Shown here one piece after another: positions 26,347 through 35,051 of a DNA stretch of 64,000 bases. The stretch lies in contig PXPI01000119.1 of assembly GCA_003021905.1 (NCBI GenBank), forward strand, positions 1,043 to 65,042. Reading direction: 5' to 3'. This DNA is from Cyanobacteria bacterium SW_9_44_58. GTDB taxonomy: Bacteria; Cyanobacteriota; Cyanobacteriia; Cyanobacteriales; Rubidibacteraceae. The notes under the pieces are model-generated. The model was given only the letters and a program-made list of their open reading frames with translations, searched no databases and was not told where the DNA came from. The first letter of the stretch is position 1, and every line of letters starts with the position of its first letter. A program made the translations under genes and the position numbers.

Positions 26347-26388
26347 AAAAAATAAAAATACATAAAATGCCGGAAGTTTAAACCGGCA
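26347..26388 (-). terminator. Putative rho-independent terminator downstream of ridA
   Basis: TGCCGG (26368-26373) pairs with CCGGCA (26383-26388). On the minus strand it is followed by TTTTATGTATTTTTATTTTTT. Confidence 0.45.
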
Positions 26389-26433
26389 CCCTACTTTTAA
26401 TACCAAATCAAACTGATTTTTCAGCACCGTACC

Positions 26434-26829
26434 TCACATTTTCATGGCAATACATTCCATCTCAACCAAAGCCCCTTTCGGCAAGCCTGAAACTTCAATA
26501 CAAGCCCGTGCTGGGGCAGTTTTGGGATCGAAATAGCTTCCGTAAACTTTATTAACAGTACTGAAATTGCTCAAATCAGTAACATAAATCGTTGTTTTGA
26601 CCACATTTTCCCAGCCAACATTTGCCGCTTTCAAAATGGCTTCTAGATTTGCCATGACTTGTTTCGTTTGTGCCATAATATCTCCTTGTCCTACCAAAGA
26701 ACCGGTGCTGGCATCGAGGGCAACTTGTCCAGAAACAAACACGAATTCACCGCTAGCGATAATGCCTTGATTATAGGGACCAACTGGCGCGGCCGCTTGT
26801 TCCGTTTGAATAACTCGCTTATTACTCAT
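26434..26829 (-). CDS. ridA: RidA/YjgF family reactive-intermediate deaminase
   Basis: ..APVGPYNQGIIASGEFVFVSGQVALD...TTIYVTDLSNFSTVNKVY..ARACIEVSGLPKGALVEMECIA, the canonical YjgF/RidA signature. Confidence 0.9.
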   Translation of the reverse strand: MSNKRVIQTEQAAAPVGPYNQGIIASGEFVFVSGQVALDASTGSLVGQGDIMAQTKQVMANLEAILKAANVGWENVVKTTIYVTDLSNFSTVNKVYGSYFDPKTAPARACIEVSGLPKGALVEMECIAMKM

Positions 26830-26982
26830 CGTTAGAAATAATGCTTAATCCAGCTCTATTATTTCATGAATCATGCTCACTTCAACCGCTAAGTTAGGAT
26901 ATCCTTTAATGTAAATGACTCTTTCCAATGAATTGCTTGATGTCTTGCTCAAATTCAGTTTAAAAGTTTAGTGATTAATTCA

Positions 26983-27555
26983 TTAATGATCTAATTTCCA
27001 CACCAAACTGGAAACAAAATTGGTAACAATATGCGCAACAATTGGAATCAGCAAATTACCGCTAACAATGGTAATCGTGCCTAAAATCAAGCCGACCGCA
27101 GTTGCCCATAAACCATAGGGCCATTGTTGCGCCCCGCCGAGGTGAAGGACCCCAAATAAAACACTTGAGACCGCTACAGCAATGACACCGGAACCTAAGG
27201 CAGGAATCATGACCCCGCGAAACAGGAGTTCCTCGCTTAATCCAGGCAACAGTCCCAACCACAGGGTATCAGGAACGGCTAAGGGGTTGAGCACTAATTC
27301 TAAATAATACTGGGCACTGCGCCGATAGGCAGGCCAAATTTTATAAATGCCGCTACTCGCTAAAATAATTAATCCAGCTATCCCTAAACCAATTAAAAAT
27401 GCTTCTAAACTCAAGGAAATGGGAAACAAGGCGACAGATCCGAAATACTGCCAACTTTTAGCAATAATTAATAAGACAATAGCAGTAATCCCCATAATGG
27501 TTAAAACTTGGGGACGGGTTAAGGGTTCAAATTCAAAATTGTTAGGATTAGTCAC
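26983..27555 (-). CDS. CPBP family intramembrane glutamic endopeptidase (CAAX protease-like)
   Basis: SEELLFRGV, ..FGVLH.. and ..HIVTNF.. motifs in a multi-TM protein. GTG start. Confidence 0.85.
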   Translation of the reverse strand: MTNPNNFEFEPLTRPQVLTIMGITAIVLLIIAKSWQYFGSVALFPISLSLEAFLIGLGIAGLIILASSGIYKIWPAYRRSAQYYLELVLNPLAVPDTLWLGLLPGLSEELLFRGVMIPALGSGVIAVAVSSVLFGVLHLGGAQQWPYGLWATAVGLILGTITIVSGNLLIPIVAHIVTNFVSSLVWKLDH

Positions 27556-27567
27556 GATAATTTCTGA

Positions 27568-28620
27568 TTAATTCAGACGACATAAAGACGACCCGGAGGC
27601 ACGCAACGCCTCGGGATGAATCCCGCTGCGCTGGGCAATTAATCCCCCTAATGCCTCTAAATACGACTTGACCCGAATGGGTTTAATGCCAAGGGATTCG
27701 GGGGGGACTTCCATTGTAGTTTGATTCTCTTCCACGGCAAGAATTTGCGCTTGCGATTGACTGAAGCTGAGAAGGGCACTGCTGCCGCAAGCATCAGCCG
27801 GAATCACAACAGCATCCACATCTTGCATCGTGATATCAGAGGGATGATCGGCTTGCGTTACCAATTGGGGGGCGCGAGATAACCCCACCAAGACGCAAGG
27901 CAGGAAGGTATAGCCTAATTCTTCAGCAGCCGCGCGAGGAGAAACCTTGGGATCTGCCGGAAGCGGGGTTAACGCTGGGGCATGGGCACAAGGAATTTGA
28001 AATTCCCGGACAATGAAATGGGAAATAATCGCTTCTGCCCCAGCTAGGGCATCCACGCCTTTTCCTTGGCGATAGTTGGCCAGGGTTTGGGATTCTAAGT
28101 TATCAGGAAAACGGGCCACGACCGCGATCGCGCTGGCATTGCTTTTTTCAATTAAAACCTCCGCTGCCCGCAATAAACTATCGGGATGGCCAATGGTTCC
28201 CCAACTTGCGCCGGATTTGGCCGTTCGCAGCTGCACATCTAAGGGAGTATCAGTGATGACATAGTCAGTAACCGCTACTCCGAGGGTTGTTTTAACAGCC
28301 TCTGCTGCTTGGAGATGGCGCAACTGTAAATCCGACTCCATGCCTTGGTCTAAAATTAAGCCGACCCGGTTTTGATGTACCGGACGCAATCCCCACTTGC
28401 CCGCAGCAAATTGATCTAAGCCATAGCCCTCCACATAATACAGATTGGGCAATGACCAATACAACTGCGCCCCATTGAGAACATTGGGATGAGTAACCAC
28501 GCGATCGCTGATCTGCGCGATCGCCCGCGCAACAGGTAAGGCATCGCCGGCATATCCGCCGATACTTGCCCCAATGCCGGTAGGAACCATTAAAACAACA
28601 GTAAAGGGACGTTGCAACAC
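27568..28620 (-). CDS. Conserved hypothetical protein (DUF3326-like, from memory)
   Basis: MLQRPFTVVLMVPTGIGASIGGYAGDALPVARAIAQ.. 350 aa, soluble. The GTG start overlaps the stop of the upstream small ORF by 1 nt. Confidence 0.65.
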   Translation of the reverse strand: MLQRPFTVVLMVPTGIGASIGGYAGDALPVARAIAQISDRVVTHPNVLNGAQLYWSLPNLYYVEGYGLDQFAAGKWGLRPVHQNRVGLILDQGMESDLQLRHLQAAEAVKTTLGVAVTDYVITDTPLDVQLRTAKSGASWGTIGHPDSLLRAAEVLIEKSNASAIAVVARFPDNLESQTLANYRQGKGVDALAGAEAIISHFIVREFQIPCAHAPALTPLPADPKVSPRAAAEELGYTFLPCVLVGLSRAPQLVTQADHPSDITMQDVDAVVIPADACGSSALLSFSQSQAQILAVEENQTTMEVPPESLGIKPIRVKSYLEALGGLIAQRSGIHPEALRASGSSLCRLN

Positions 28621-28793
28621 TATTTTTGCGTCACAATCGCTTCCAGTTGCGCTTTTTGTTTCTGGGAATCGACTTTGGTAATTGCCCAGCGCAGGGGTTT
28701 CCCCCGTTTAGCGAGTTCGGCTTCAATTTGTTGTTGAAGCGTTACTGGGGTTTCACTCAGATTGATTTCCGCTTCAATAAAATGCGTTGTCAT
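28620..28793 (-). CDS. Small hypothetical protein (57 aa) translationally coupled to the DUF3326-like gene
   Basis: Track ORF 28620..28853. ATG at 28793 gives MTTHFIEAEINLSETPVTLQQQIEAELAKRGKPLRWAITKVDSQKQKAQLEAIVTQK. Confidence 0.5.
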   Translation of the reverse strand: MTTHFIEAEINLSETPVTLQQQIEAELAKRGKPLRWAITKVDSQKQKAQLEAIVTQK

Positions 28794-29104
28794 GGTTGTT
28801 TTTAAGTTGAATCTGTATGAATGATTGCCTCTATTATCTTTAAAACTTACCACGACAGGCGTTAGAGTAGCGCGATCGCGTGTCTGTAATATCAGAGTTC
28901 AATTAAGCAATGCCCAAACATCGTTCCCAGAATCTAGCCATCATACCAATTCTCAAAAGTGGCTAGAGAGATACTGCATCACACATCTCTACAAACTGGG
29001 GTTAAATTTTCAGTGACTTTTGATAAACGGTATCATTTTCTTCCCGAAAATACGACTAAACCTGGACTTTAGCTGTTGCCTGTTATAGCTAAACCACCAA
29101 CTGA

Positions 29105-29346
29105 TTAAGGCAAGAAATCATCGTCTAACACCTGTTCCAGAGAATAATACTGATCTGGCATTTTAATTCCTGACTTAAGTTCAGCTATTTTCTTCGCTTT
29201 TCCATACAAATATTCCAAACGAATTTGCAGATGATTCTTTAAATTGGTTGTTAACTTGGATTCCAGTTGGGCACGAAAATTAACTTTCGTAACAAATCAG
29301 CTTGTTGTTGAAGCCATAAGTCGTATTCTTGATCAATGTCATACAT
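29105..29346 (-). pseudogene. Degraded DUF29-family gene (frameshift plus internal deletion)
   Basis: From ATG 29346 the frame reads MYDIDQEYDLWLQQQADLLRK.., then LIFVPNWNPS*. The next frame continues ..AQLESKLTTNLKNHLQIRLEYLYGKAKKIAELKSGIKMPDQYYSLEQVLDDDFLP*. The start (YD.D.Y.W...QA.LLR) and the end (..LEQ.LD.DF.P) are the hallmark termini of DUF29 proteins. The total length is well short of the usual ~150 aa. Confidence 0.7.
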
Positions 29347-29363
29347 CGTAAAAATAGCCTTGA

Positions 29364-30056
29364 TCACTGCTCATTTTTCCATTTTTCCCATAAATCGGGG
29401 CGACGTTCCTGGGTGCGTTTAATTTGCTGTTCTCGCCGCCACTGGGCGATCGCGCCATGATTCCCAGAACGCAATACCGGCGGAACTTCCCACCCCCGAA
29501 ATACGGCAGGTTTGGTATATTGCGGGTAATCTAGCAATTCGGTTTCAAAACTCTCGGCTTTGAGAGAATCAGCTTTGCCAATAGTACCCGGAAGCAAGCG
29601 AATCACCCCATTAATCAAGGCTAAGGCTGGAATTTCCCCACAGGTTAAAATAAAATCGCCCAAGGAAACTTCACGGGTAACTAAATTCTCGCGAATACGT
29701 TCATCGACGCCTTCATAATGACCGCAAATTAAAACCAATTGATCATACCCATAAGCCAATTCTCGGAATAAGGGTTGATTCATCGGTTCTCCCTGGGGTG
29801 TCATTAAAATCACCTCTTGGGAGGGCAGTTGGGGCAACGACTCCACCGCCGCAAACATGGGTTCCGGTTTCAATAGCATACCCACACCGCCGCCATACGG
29901 TTCATCATCCACACGGCGATGTTTATCAAAGGCAAAATCCCGAGGGTTCACAAAATTAACCTCGGCAATCTTTCTCTGGATTGCTTTTCCAACTATCCCA
30001 GAGTTGAGGGGAGAGTCAAAAAAATTGGGGAATAAAGTAATAACGTCAAAACGCAC
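29364..30056 (-). CDS. trmD: tRNA (guanine37-N1)-methyltransferase
   Basis: MRFDVITLFPNFFDSPLNSGIVGKA...DDEPYGGGVGMLLKPEP...LICGHYEGVDERI... GTG start. Confidence 0.95.
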   Translation of the reverse strand: MRFDVITLFPNFFDSPLNSGIVGKAIQRKIAEVNFVNPRDFAFDKHRRVDDEPYGGGVGMLLKPEPMFAAVESLPQLPSQEVILMTPQGEPMNQPLFRELAYGYDQLVLICGHYEGVDERIRENLVTREVSLGDFILTCGEIPALALINGVIRLLPGTIGKADSLKAESFETELLDYPQYTKPAVFRGWEVPPVLRSGNHGAIAQWRREQQIKRTQERRPDLWEKWKNEQ

Positions 30057-30292
30057 GATTGATTTTTATTGCAGGGTGAGTCTTAGAATATACCAGAATT
30101 GAACTCTGGCACTGGGCATTCTCCGGCGGCATGCAGGAATTGGCACGCACACCCCCATTGCCTGCTGTTACCGTTGGTTAATTATTCTAACAATAGCTCC
30201 CACTTTCGGGGAATCGATTATACCAACGTAAGCACTAGAATAGGGGTAGCGCCGTATTGGGCTATTGGATCAGCAAGTTCAACGCAAGTGGA

Positions 30293-31636
30293 ATGTCTCA
30301 TCAGGTGAACCAACTTTTATTCCCGGCTAGTTCCGAATTTACCGCACTTTGCCGTTTTGAAGTCAGTAATTTACAAGAACGATTAAAAGCGGATCACGGT
30401 GCTGTTTATTTAACAAAAGAACTGCAATCAGGAACGCGACAGTTAATTCCGATTGTTATCTATCCAGAAGCAGATAGCGAATGGGAAGAAGCATTTGAAG
30501 AAAGCACCATTATTGAATCCGAAGAAAACAATTCTTTATCAAATAATACTTCTTCTGAATTATCCTCAATTCCCATGGCTTCTGATGATCTTCCCGCACA
30601 GCTAACCACTGCCCAACAAAATTCAATTCCTGATTTAGTCAACCAACAGAATCAGCACCAAATTGTCTTTCCCCTGCTACACGAAAATGTCATGATGGGG
30701 TTGCTAGTCATTGCCCGTCAACAAGCCCAATGGAGTGAATGGGAGTTTACGCAAATTCAGCGCAGTGCAGAGACTCTCGCTTTGGCTTGTGTTTTGGATC
30801 AACGTCAAGGATTATTTCAACAAAAACTTCGTCAACAACAATGGAAACAAAACACACAGCGGGAACATCTTGATGAACTTTTACACCAGTTGCGAAATCC
30901 CTTAATGGCGTTGAGAACATTTGGAAAATTGCTTCTGAAACGCTTTAACACAGAAGAAAACCAGAAAACTCGATCGTTAACTGAAAATTTAATGCGAGAA
31001 AGCGATCGCTTACAGCAATTATTACAGGAAATGGGCGATTATCTCGATCAAATCGGTAAAGATAAGGAACAAGACTTGACAATTGAAACCGAAACGACTG
31101 CGATTCCAGAAGGAGATTCCAATTTTAAGTCTCTCCCTCCTAGTCACGCTCTAACCTTAGAAGCGGTTCAGATTCCAGACATTTTAAATCCGATTCTAGA
31201 ATCAACAAGCGCGATCGCGCAAGAAAAACAGATTGAATTAAAAACCGAGATTCCGCAACAACTTCCTTCCGTGAAAGCTAATACTAAAGCTTTACAAGAA
31301 GTACTAAGCAATCTCCTGGATAATGCAGTTAAATATACACCGGAAAACGGCACCATTGAAGTCTTCGTAACCCAAGAAAAACCGCAATGGCAAGGGATTG
31401 TCATTCGCGACAACGGTTCTGGAATTCCTGAACAAGATCAACCCAAGATTTTTGAACGCCACTATCGCGGCATCCAGTCAGAAAGCGAAATTCCTGGTAC
31501 AGGATTAGGATTGGCAATTGCCAAAGATTATGTGGAACACATGGGAGGAGACATTGAATTGATCAGCCCGGCTACACCGCCGGAAAATCCCATGCAAGGA
31601 ACCGCATTTATTGTTTGGTTAGCCAACGAGAATTAA
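30293..31636 (+). CDS. Sensor histidine kinase with N-terminal GAF-like domain (Hik2/CSK-like architecture)
   Basis: H-box LLHQLRNPLMALRTFGKLL, N-box LSNLLDNAVKYT, G-boxes RDNGSGIP and GTGLGLAIAK. No TM segments. ATG at 30293 (the track begins at 30257). Confidence 0.85.
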   Translation: MSHQVNQLLFPASSEFTALCRFEVSNLQERLKADHGAVYLTKELQSGTRQLIPIVIYPEADSEWEEAFEESTIIESEENNSLSNNTSSELSSIPMASDDLPAQLTTAQQNSIPDLVNQQNQHQIVFPLLHENVMMGLLVIARQQAQWSEWEFTQIQRSAETLALACVLDQRQGLFQQKLRQQQWKQNTQREHLDELLHQLRNPLMALRTFGKLLLKRFNTEENQKTRSLTENLMRESDRLQQLLQEMGDYLDQIGKDKEQDLTIETETTAIPEGDSNFKSLPPSHALTLEAVQIPDILNPILESTSAIAQEKQIELKTEIPQQLPSVKANTKALQEVLSNLLDNAVKYTPENGTIEVFVTQEKPQWQGIVIRDNGSGIPEQDQPKIFERHYRGIQSESEIPGTGLGLAIAKDYVEHMGGDIELISPATPPENPMQGTAFIVWLANEN

Positions 31637-31917
31637 CTCCAATCTTCTTGACTGTTTTCTCCTTGGTGATATACGCGTTTCTGATTATGAATTTGACGCG
31701 TTTTTTCAAAGAGCGTTTCTTCGGTTAAATTCCATTTTTCCAGCAGCGAGTCTAAGTCTTTTTGCAGCTGTTTTGCCCCAGGAAAATTTTTATAGCGAAT
31801 TCGTAAGCGGGCTAATTCCGCTAAATTATGATCGGTGATGTTTTCTTGAAACATTTGATCGACAATTTGTTTGTCTTGTTTTTCTCTGGGATGTTTTTGT
31901 TCAGGCGTTTGTGTCAT
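31633..31917 (-). CDS. Conserved cyanobacterial hypothetical protein (DUF3288-like, from memory)
   Basis: MTQTPEQKHPREKQDKQIVDQMFQENITDHNLAELARLRIRYKNFPGAKQLQKDLDSLLEKWNLTEETLFEKTRQIH.. ATG at 31917 (the track uses a TTG at 31923). Confidence 0.65.
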   Translation of the reverse strand: MTQTPEQKHPREKQDKQIVDQMFQENITDHNLAELARLRIRYKNFPGAKQLQKDLDSLLEKWNLTEETLFEKTRQIHNQKRVYHQGENSQEDWS

Positions 31918-32304
31918 TGGCAATCAACCCTTCTACACGTTGTTTAATTTCATCGCGGACTCGTCGGAAGGTATCTAAGGATTGCCCATCGGGGTCATCT
32001 AATTGCCAGTCTTGGAATACTTCTCTGGTTAACCATTCCGGCGGCAAATTAACCCCGCAACCGCATAAAGATACCACAATATTATAATTTTCCGGCTTAT
32101 ACTCGTTTAGGGAATTTGAGGTTTGTTGACTAATATCAATTCCCGCTTCCCACATCACTTGGATAGCTGTGGGATGAACTTGGGAAGCTTCTAAGCCTGC
32201 ACTGGCTACATTGATTTTACCGTCTCTGCCGAGGGTGCGGGCAAAGCCTTCTGCCATTTGGGAACGACAGGAGTTTTTTTACAGACAAATATAACGTTTT
32301 TCAT
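31901..32304 (-). pseudogene. arsC: Arsenate reductase ArsC (LMW-PTP type) interrupted by a 1-nt frameshift in an A7 tract
   Basis: ATG 32304 reads MKNVIFVCKK, then goes out of frame. Adding one A to the run at 32274-32280 gives MKNVIFVCKKNSCRSQMAEGFARTLG.., joining track ORF 31901..32257 (..SLCGCGVNLPPEW..DWQLDDPDGQSLDTFRRVRDEI..). Confidence 0.8.
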
Positions 32305-32307
32305 GGG

Positions 32308-32949
32308 TTAGGAAGTAGCTTTTCTGGCTGTTTCACGAATTTCTTGATTGGCTTTTTCTTTGCGTTCACTGTAGCGGTCTGTGAGATAATCTACATGATC
32401 GCGCATGAGCATTGTGATTTTATAGAGTTCTTCCATAACATCCACAACGCGATCGCGATACCGAGACGCTTTCATGGTTCCATCCTCATGAAACTCTTGG
32501 TAGGCTTTAGCAACAGAAGACTGATTAGGAATGGTAAACATCCGCATCCAGCGTCCTAGCAAGCGCATTGTGTTCACGGCATTGAAAGATTGAGAACCGC
32601 CGCTAACTTGCATTAAAGCGAGAGTTCTCCCCTGAGTGGGACGCACTGCACCAATACTCAACGGTATCCAATCAATTTGATTCTTCAGCACGCCTGTAAC
32701 ATTGCCGTGCATCTCAGGAGAACACCAAACCTGACCTTCTGACCATTGAGAGAGTTCCCGCAGCTTCTGCACTTCCGGGTGGGTTTCTTCCACTTGCCCT
32801 TTTACAGGGAGGTTATGGGGATGGAAAAACTTGACTTCTGCCCCAAACCTTTCCATAATTCGCGCCGCTTCTTCTGAGAGTAAACGGCTATAGGATCGTT
32901 CGCGCAAAGACCCGTACAGGAATAAAATTCTGGGTGGATGAGTGCTCAT
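32308..32949 (-). CDS. arsH: Arsenical resistance protein ArsH (NADPH-dependent FMN reductase)
   Basis: [32 protein letters not shown]...[23 protein letters not shown]...[34 protein letters not shown].. ATG 32949 overlaps the arsB stop (ATGA). Confidence 0.9.
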   Translation of the reverse strand: MSTHPPRILFLYGSLRERSYSRLLSEEAARIMERFGAEVKFFHPHNLPVKGQVEETHPEVQKLRELSQWSEGQVWCSPEMHGNVTGVLKNQIDWIPLSIGAVRPTQGRTLALMQVSGGSQSFNAVNTMRLLGRWMRMFTIPNQSSVAKAYQEFHEDGTMKASRYRDRVVDVMEELYKITMLMRDHVDYLTDRYSERKEKANQEIRETARKATS

Positions 32950-34109
32950 GTATTTTGATAATCTCCTTTCACACAACGAGGATCAAGCAAGGTTGCTTTT
33001 TCCGGTTCGCGTTTAAACCAAAATGCTGTTCGCTTACAGAATTTCACCAGCATTAACATCACAGGCACTTCAATTAAAACCCCAACCACTGTGGCAACGG
33101 CAGCCCCTGAATTTAACCCAAATAAAATCACGGCTGTGGCAATGGCAACTTCAAAGTGATTGCTGGAACCAATTAACGCCGCTGGGGCAGCATCTTCGTA
33201 GAAAAAGTTCAATTTCTGGGCAATTAAGTAAGTCAGCCAAAAGATAAAATTAGTTTGGATAAATAGGGGAACCGCAATTAAGACAATATGGAAGGGATTT
33301 TCGACAATCACATCCCCTTGCAAGGCAAACAGAAGAATTAAGGTAACAAGTAAGGCTCCCGTGTTGATAGGACTGAGATATTTTAAGAAGTAGCGGTTAA
33401 ACCACGCTTCTCCTTTATTCTTAAATATCCAGTAACGGCTGTACATTCCCGCAGCGAGAGGCAACGCCACGTAAATTAATACGGATAGCACCATCGTTTG
33501 CCAAGGAACAACAATTTTATTCGCTTGTAATAACCAGCCTCCTAAGGGGGCATAGAGAAACAGCATCGCCAGAGAATTAAGAGCTACCATAACAAGGGTA
33601 TGACCTTGGTTGCCATAGGAAAGATAGCCCCACATCAAAACCATGGCGGTACAGGGGGCAATTCCTAATAAAATAACGCCAGCAATATAGGAGTCAGCTA
33701 GCGCCATTTCTTGGCCGCCGCGAACAATGTCTGTTCCTTCAATGAGAGGACGGAAAAGCCACCCTAAAAAGACTTGGGCAAATAACACCATGCTAAAGGG
33801 TTTTACTAGCCAGTTGATGGCTAAGGTTAGCAACACGGGTTTAGGCGTTTGGGCAGCTTCTACGGCTTGGGAAAAGTCAATTTTGACCATGATGGGATAC
33901 ATCATGAAGAATAAACACACCGCAATGGGAATGGAGACTTGATAAATGCTCATGGAATCCAGCGTCTCAGCAACCTTGGGAAACGTTCTGCCCAAGATAA
34001 TGCCGCCGATAATGCAGAAAAACACCCAAACGGTCAGATAGCGCTCAAAAAAGCTCAGTTTTCCCCCAGCTTGGGGGGCATTTTCATTGGTTTGACTATT
34101 GATTGTCAT
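32946..34109 (-). CDS. arsB: ACR3-family arsenite efflux transporter
   Basis: ..[23 protein letters not shown].. and the 10-TM ACR3 layout. It heads an arsB-arsH-arsC string, the same order as the characterised Synechocystis operon. Confidence 0.9.
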   Translation of the reverse strand: MTINSQTNENAPQAGGKLSFFERYLTVWVFFCIIGGIILGRTFPKVAETLDSMSIYQVSIPIAVCLFFMMYPIMVKIDFSQAVEAAQTPKPVLLTLAINWLVKPFSMVLFAQVFLGWLFRPLIEGTDIVRGGQEMALADSYIAGVILLGIAPCTAMVLMWGYLSYGNQGHTLVMVALNSLAMLFLYAPLGGWLLQANKIVVPWQTMVLSVLIYVALPLAAGMYSRYWIFKNKGEAWFNRYFLKYLSPINTGALLVTLILLFALQGDVIVENPFHIVLIAVPLFIQTNFIFWLTYLIAQKLNFFYEDAAPAALIGSSNHFEVAIATAVILFGLNSGAAVATVVGVLIEVPVMLMLVKFCKRTAFWFKREPEKATLLDPRCVKGDYQNT

Positions 34110-34140
34110 TAGAGTAATGACTGACGACTACCCCTCTAAT

Positions 34141-34160
34141 ATATCAATTTTTTTTGATAT
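34141..34160. promoter_or_regulatory. Inverted repeat ATATCAA-N6-TTGATAT 32-51 nt upstream of the arsB start; candidate ArsR/SmtB-type operator
   Basis: The arms 34141-34147 and 34154-34160 are exact complements separated by TTTTTT. On the minus strand a TATATT -10-like hexamer (34144-34139) overlaps one arm. Confidence 0.35.
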
Positions 34161-34161
34161 G

Positions 34162-34899
34162 TCATCTAACCACCGGAACGATAATATACCCATGATCGCG
34201 ATCGCCGAGTACCCAATTGCGCGATTCTCCCCAATACCACCAATGGGCTCCAATATAAGCGCAAATTAAACTATCCAGTTGATCTTCAATGGCTTTGAGG
34301 GCAGTACCGGTTAAATTGTCTAACGACCCAGCAATGGAATCCGGCAAGGCTTCTAAACTGAGAGAAGGTGTCAGCTGCGGTAACGTTGCCTGAGTATATT
34401 GCTGCAGTTTCGCCAGTTCTGCTTTGCGTTGGGCAATTCTGCCTTTTTTATACTTTAGGATTCTTTCCAGTTGAAACAGCTGTACCATGGCCGCATGAGG
34501 ATAGACCTCAATCTGATAGCGTCCGGTTTTTTGAGGAATAATTGCGGGAGCATGGCGGAAACCTCGCTCTTCTAAAGCTAAACCAAAGGCAACGGTACGC
34601 TCAGCAAAGGCACGATTGCGATTGGCAGGATAGCAGCCAGCATGATAGCGACCAAAATATTTGTGGGTCAGTTGATCGGGACGTCTCATCCCTGTAGCGT
34701 TGGGAATTAGTGTCGGTGCATCCACAGCAATTAAAGCCGGTTCGTCTTTGGCAATCACAGAATCGCACCAGGCGAAAATTTCCTCAATAGCTAACTTTCT
34801 ATCTAAGGCAAGCAGATGCAGTTTTTCCTGTTTCCACTCTAAACAGCATAATCCCGTGGGCTGCGAGTTCCACCCTAAATCAATCCCAACTAACTTCAT
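34162..34899 (-). CDS. DUF429 domain protein (predicted RNase H-like fold)
   Basis: MKLVGIDLGWNSQPTGLCCLEW...LIAVDAPTLIPNATGMRRPDQL..YHAGCYPANRN.. matches my memory of DUF429. Confidence 0.7.
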   Translation of the reverse strand: MKLVGIDLGWNSQPTGLCCLEWKQEKLHLLALDRKLAIEEIFAWCDSVIAKDEPALIAVDAPTLIPNATGMRRPDQLTHKYFGRYHAGCYPANRNRAFAERTVAFGLALEERGFRHAPAIIPQKTGRYQIEVYPHAAMVQLFQLERILKYKKGRIAQRKAELAKLQQYTQATLPQLTPSLSLEALPDSIAGSLDNLTGTALKAIEDQLDSLICAYIGAHWWYWGESRNWVLGDRDHGYIIVPVVR

Positions 34900-34920
34900 T
34901 GTTTAATCCCCTCCCAAACG

Positions 34921-34963
34921 CAGAAAAGGAACCGACGACTTTCCCAGTTTCGTCTCGGTTCCT
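34921..34963 (-). terminator. Rho-independent terminator after the TRAP large permease gene
   Basis: AGGAACCGACGA (34928-34939) pairs with TCGTCTCGGTTCCT (34950-34963) with a 2-nt bulge. On the minus strand it is followed by TTTTCTGCGTTT. Confidence 0.6.
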
Positions 34964-35051
34964 CTTCCGGTTTCCCTTCGCTCCCCACACGTTGGTTAGA
35001 TATAATACAAGACGATATTATTCTGGTCAAGATATTTCATTTCAGCATTTT

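Noticed and set aside
28910-28966. Mini-ORF MPKHRSQNLAIIPILKSG* in the gap next to the DUF29 remnant; considered as a transposase N-terminal remnant.
   Set aside because: It is too short, has no recognisable HTH or IS-family similarity, and has no inverted repeats around it.
30099-30308. 69-aa plus-strand ORF in the trmD / histidine kinase intergenic region.
   Set aside because: It has a TTG start, a His/Cys/Ser-rich implausible translation, and overlaps the likely kinase start at 30293. It is most likely non-coding promoter DNA for the two divergent genes.
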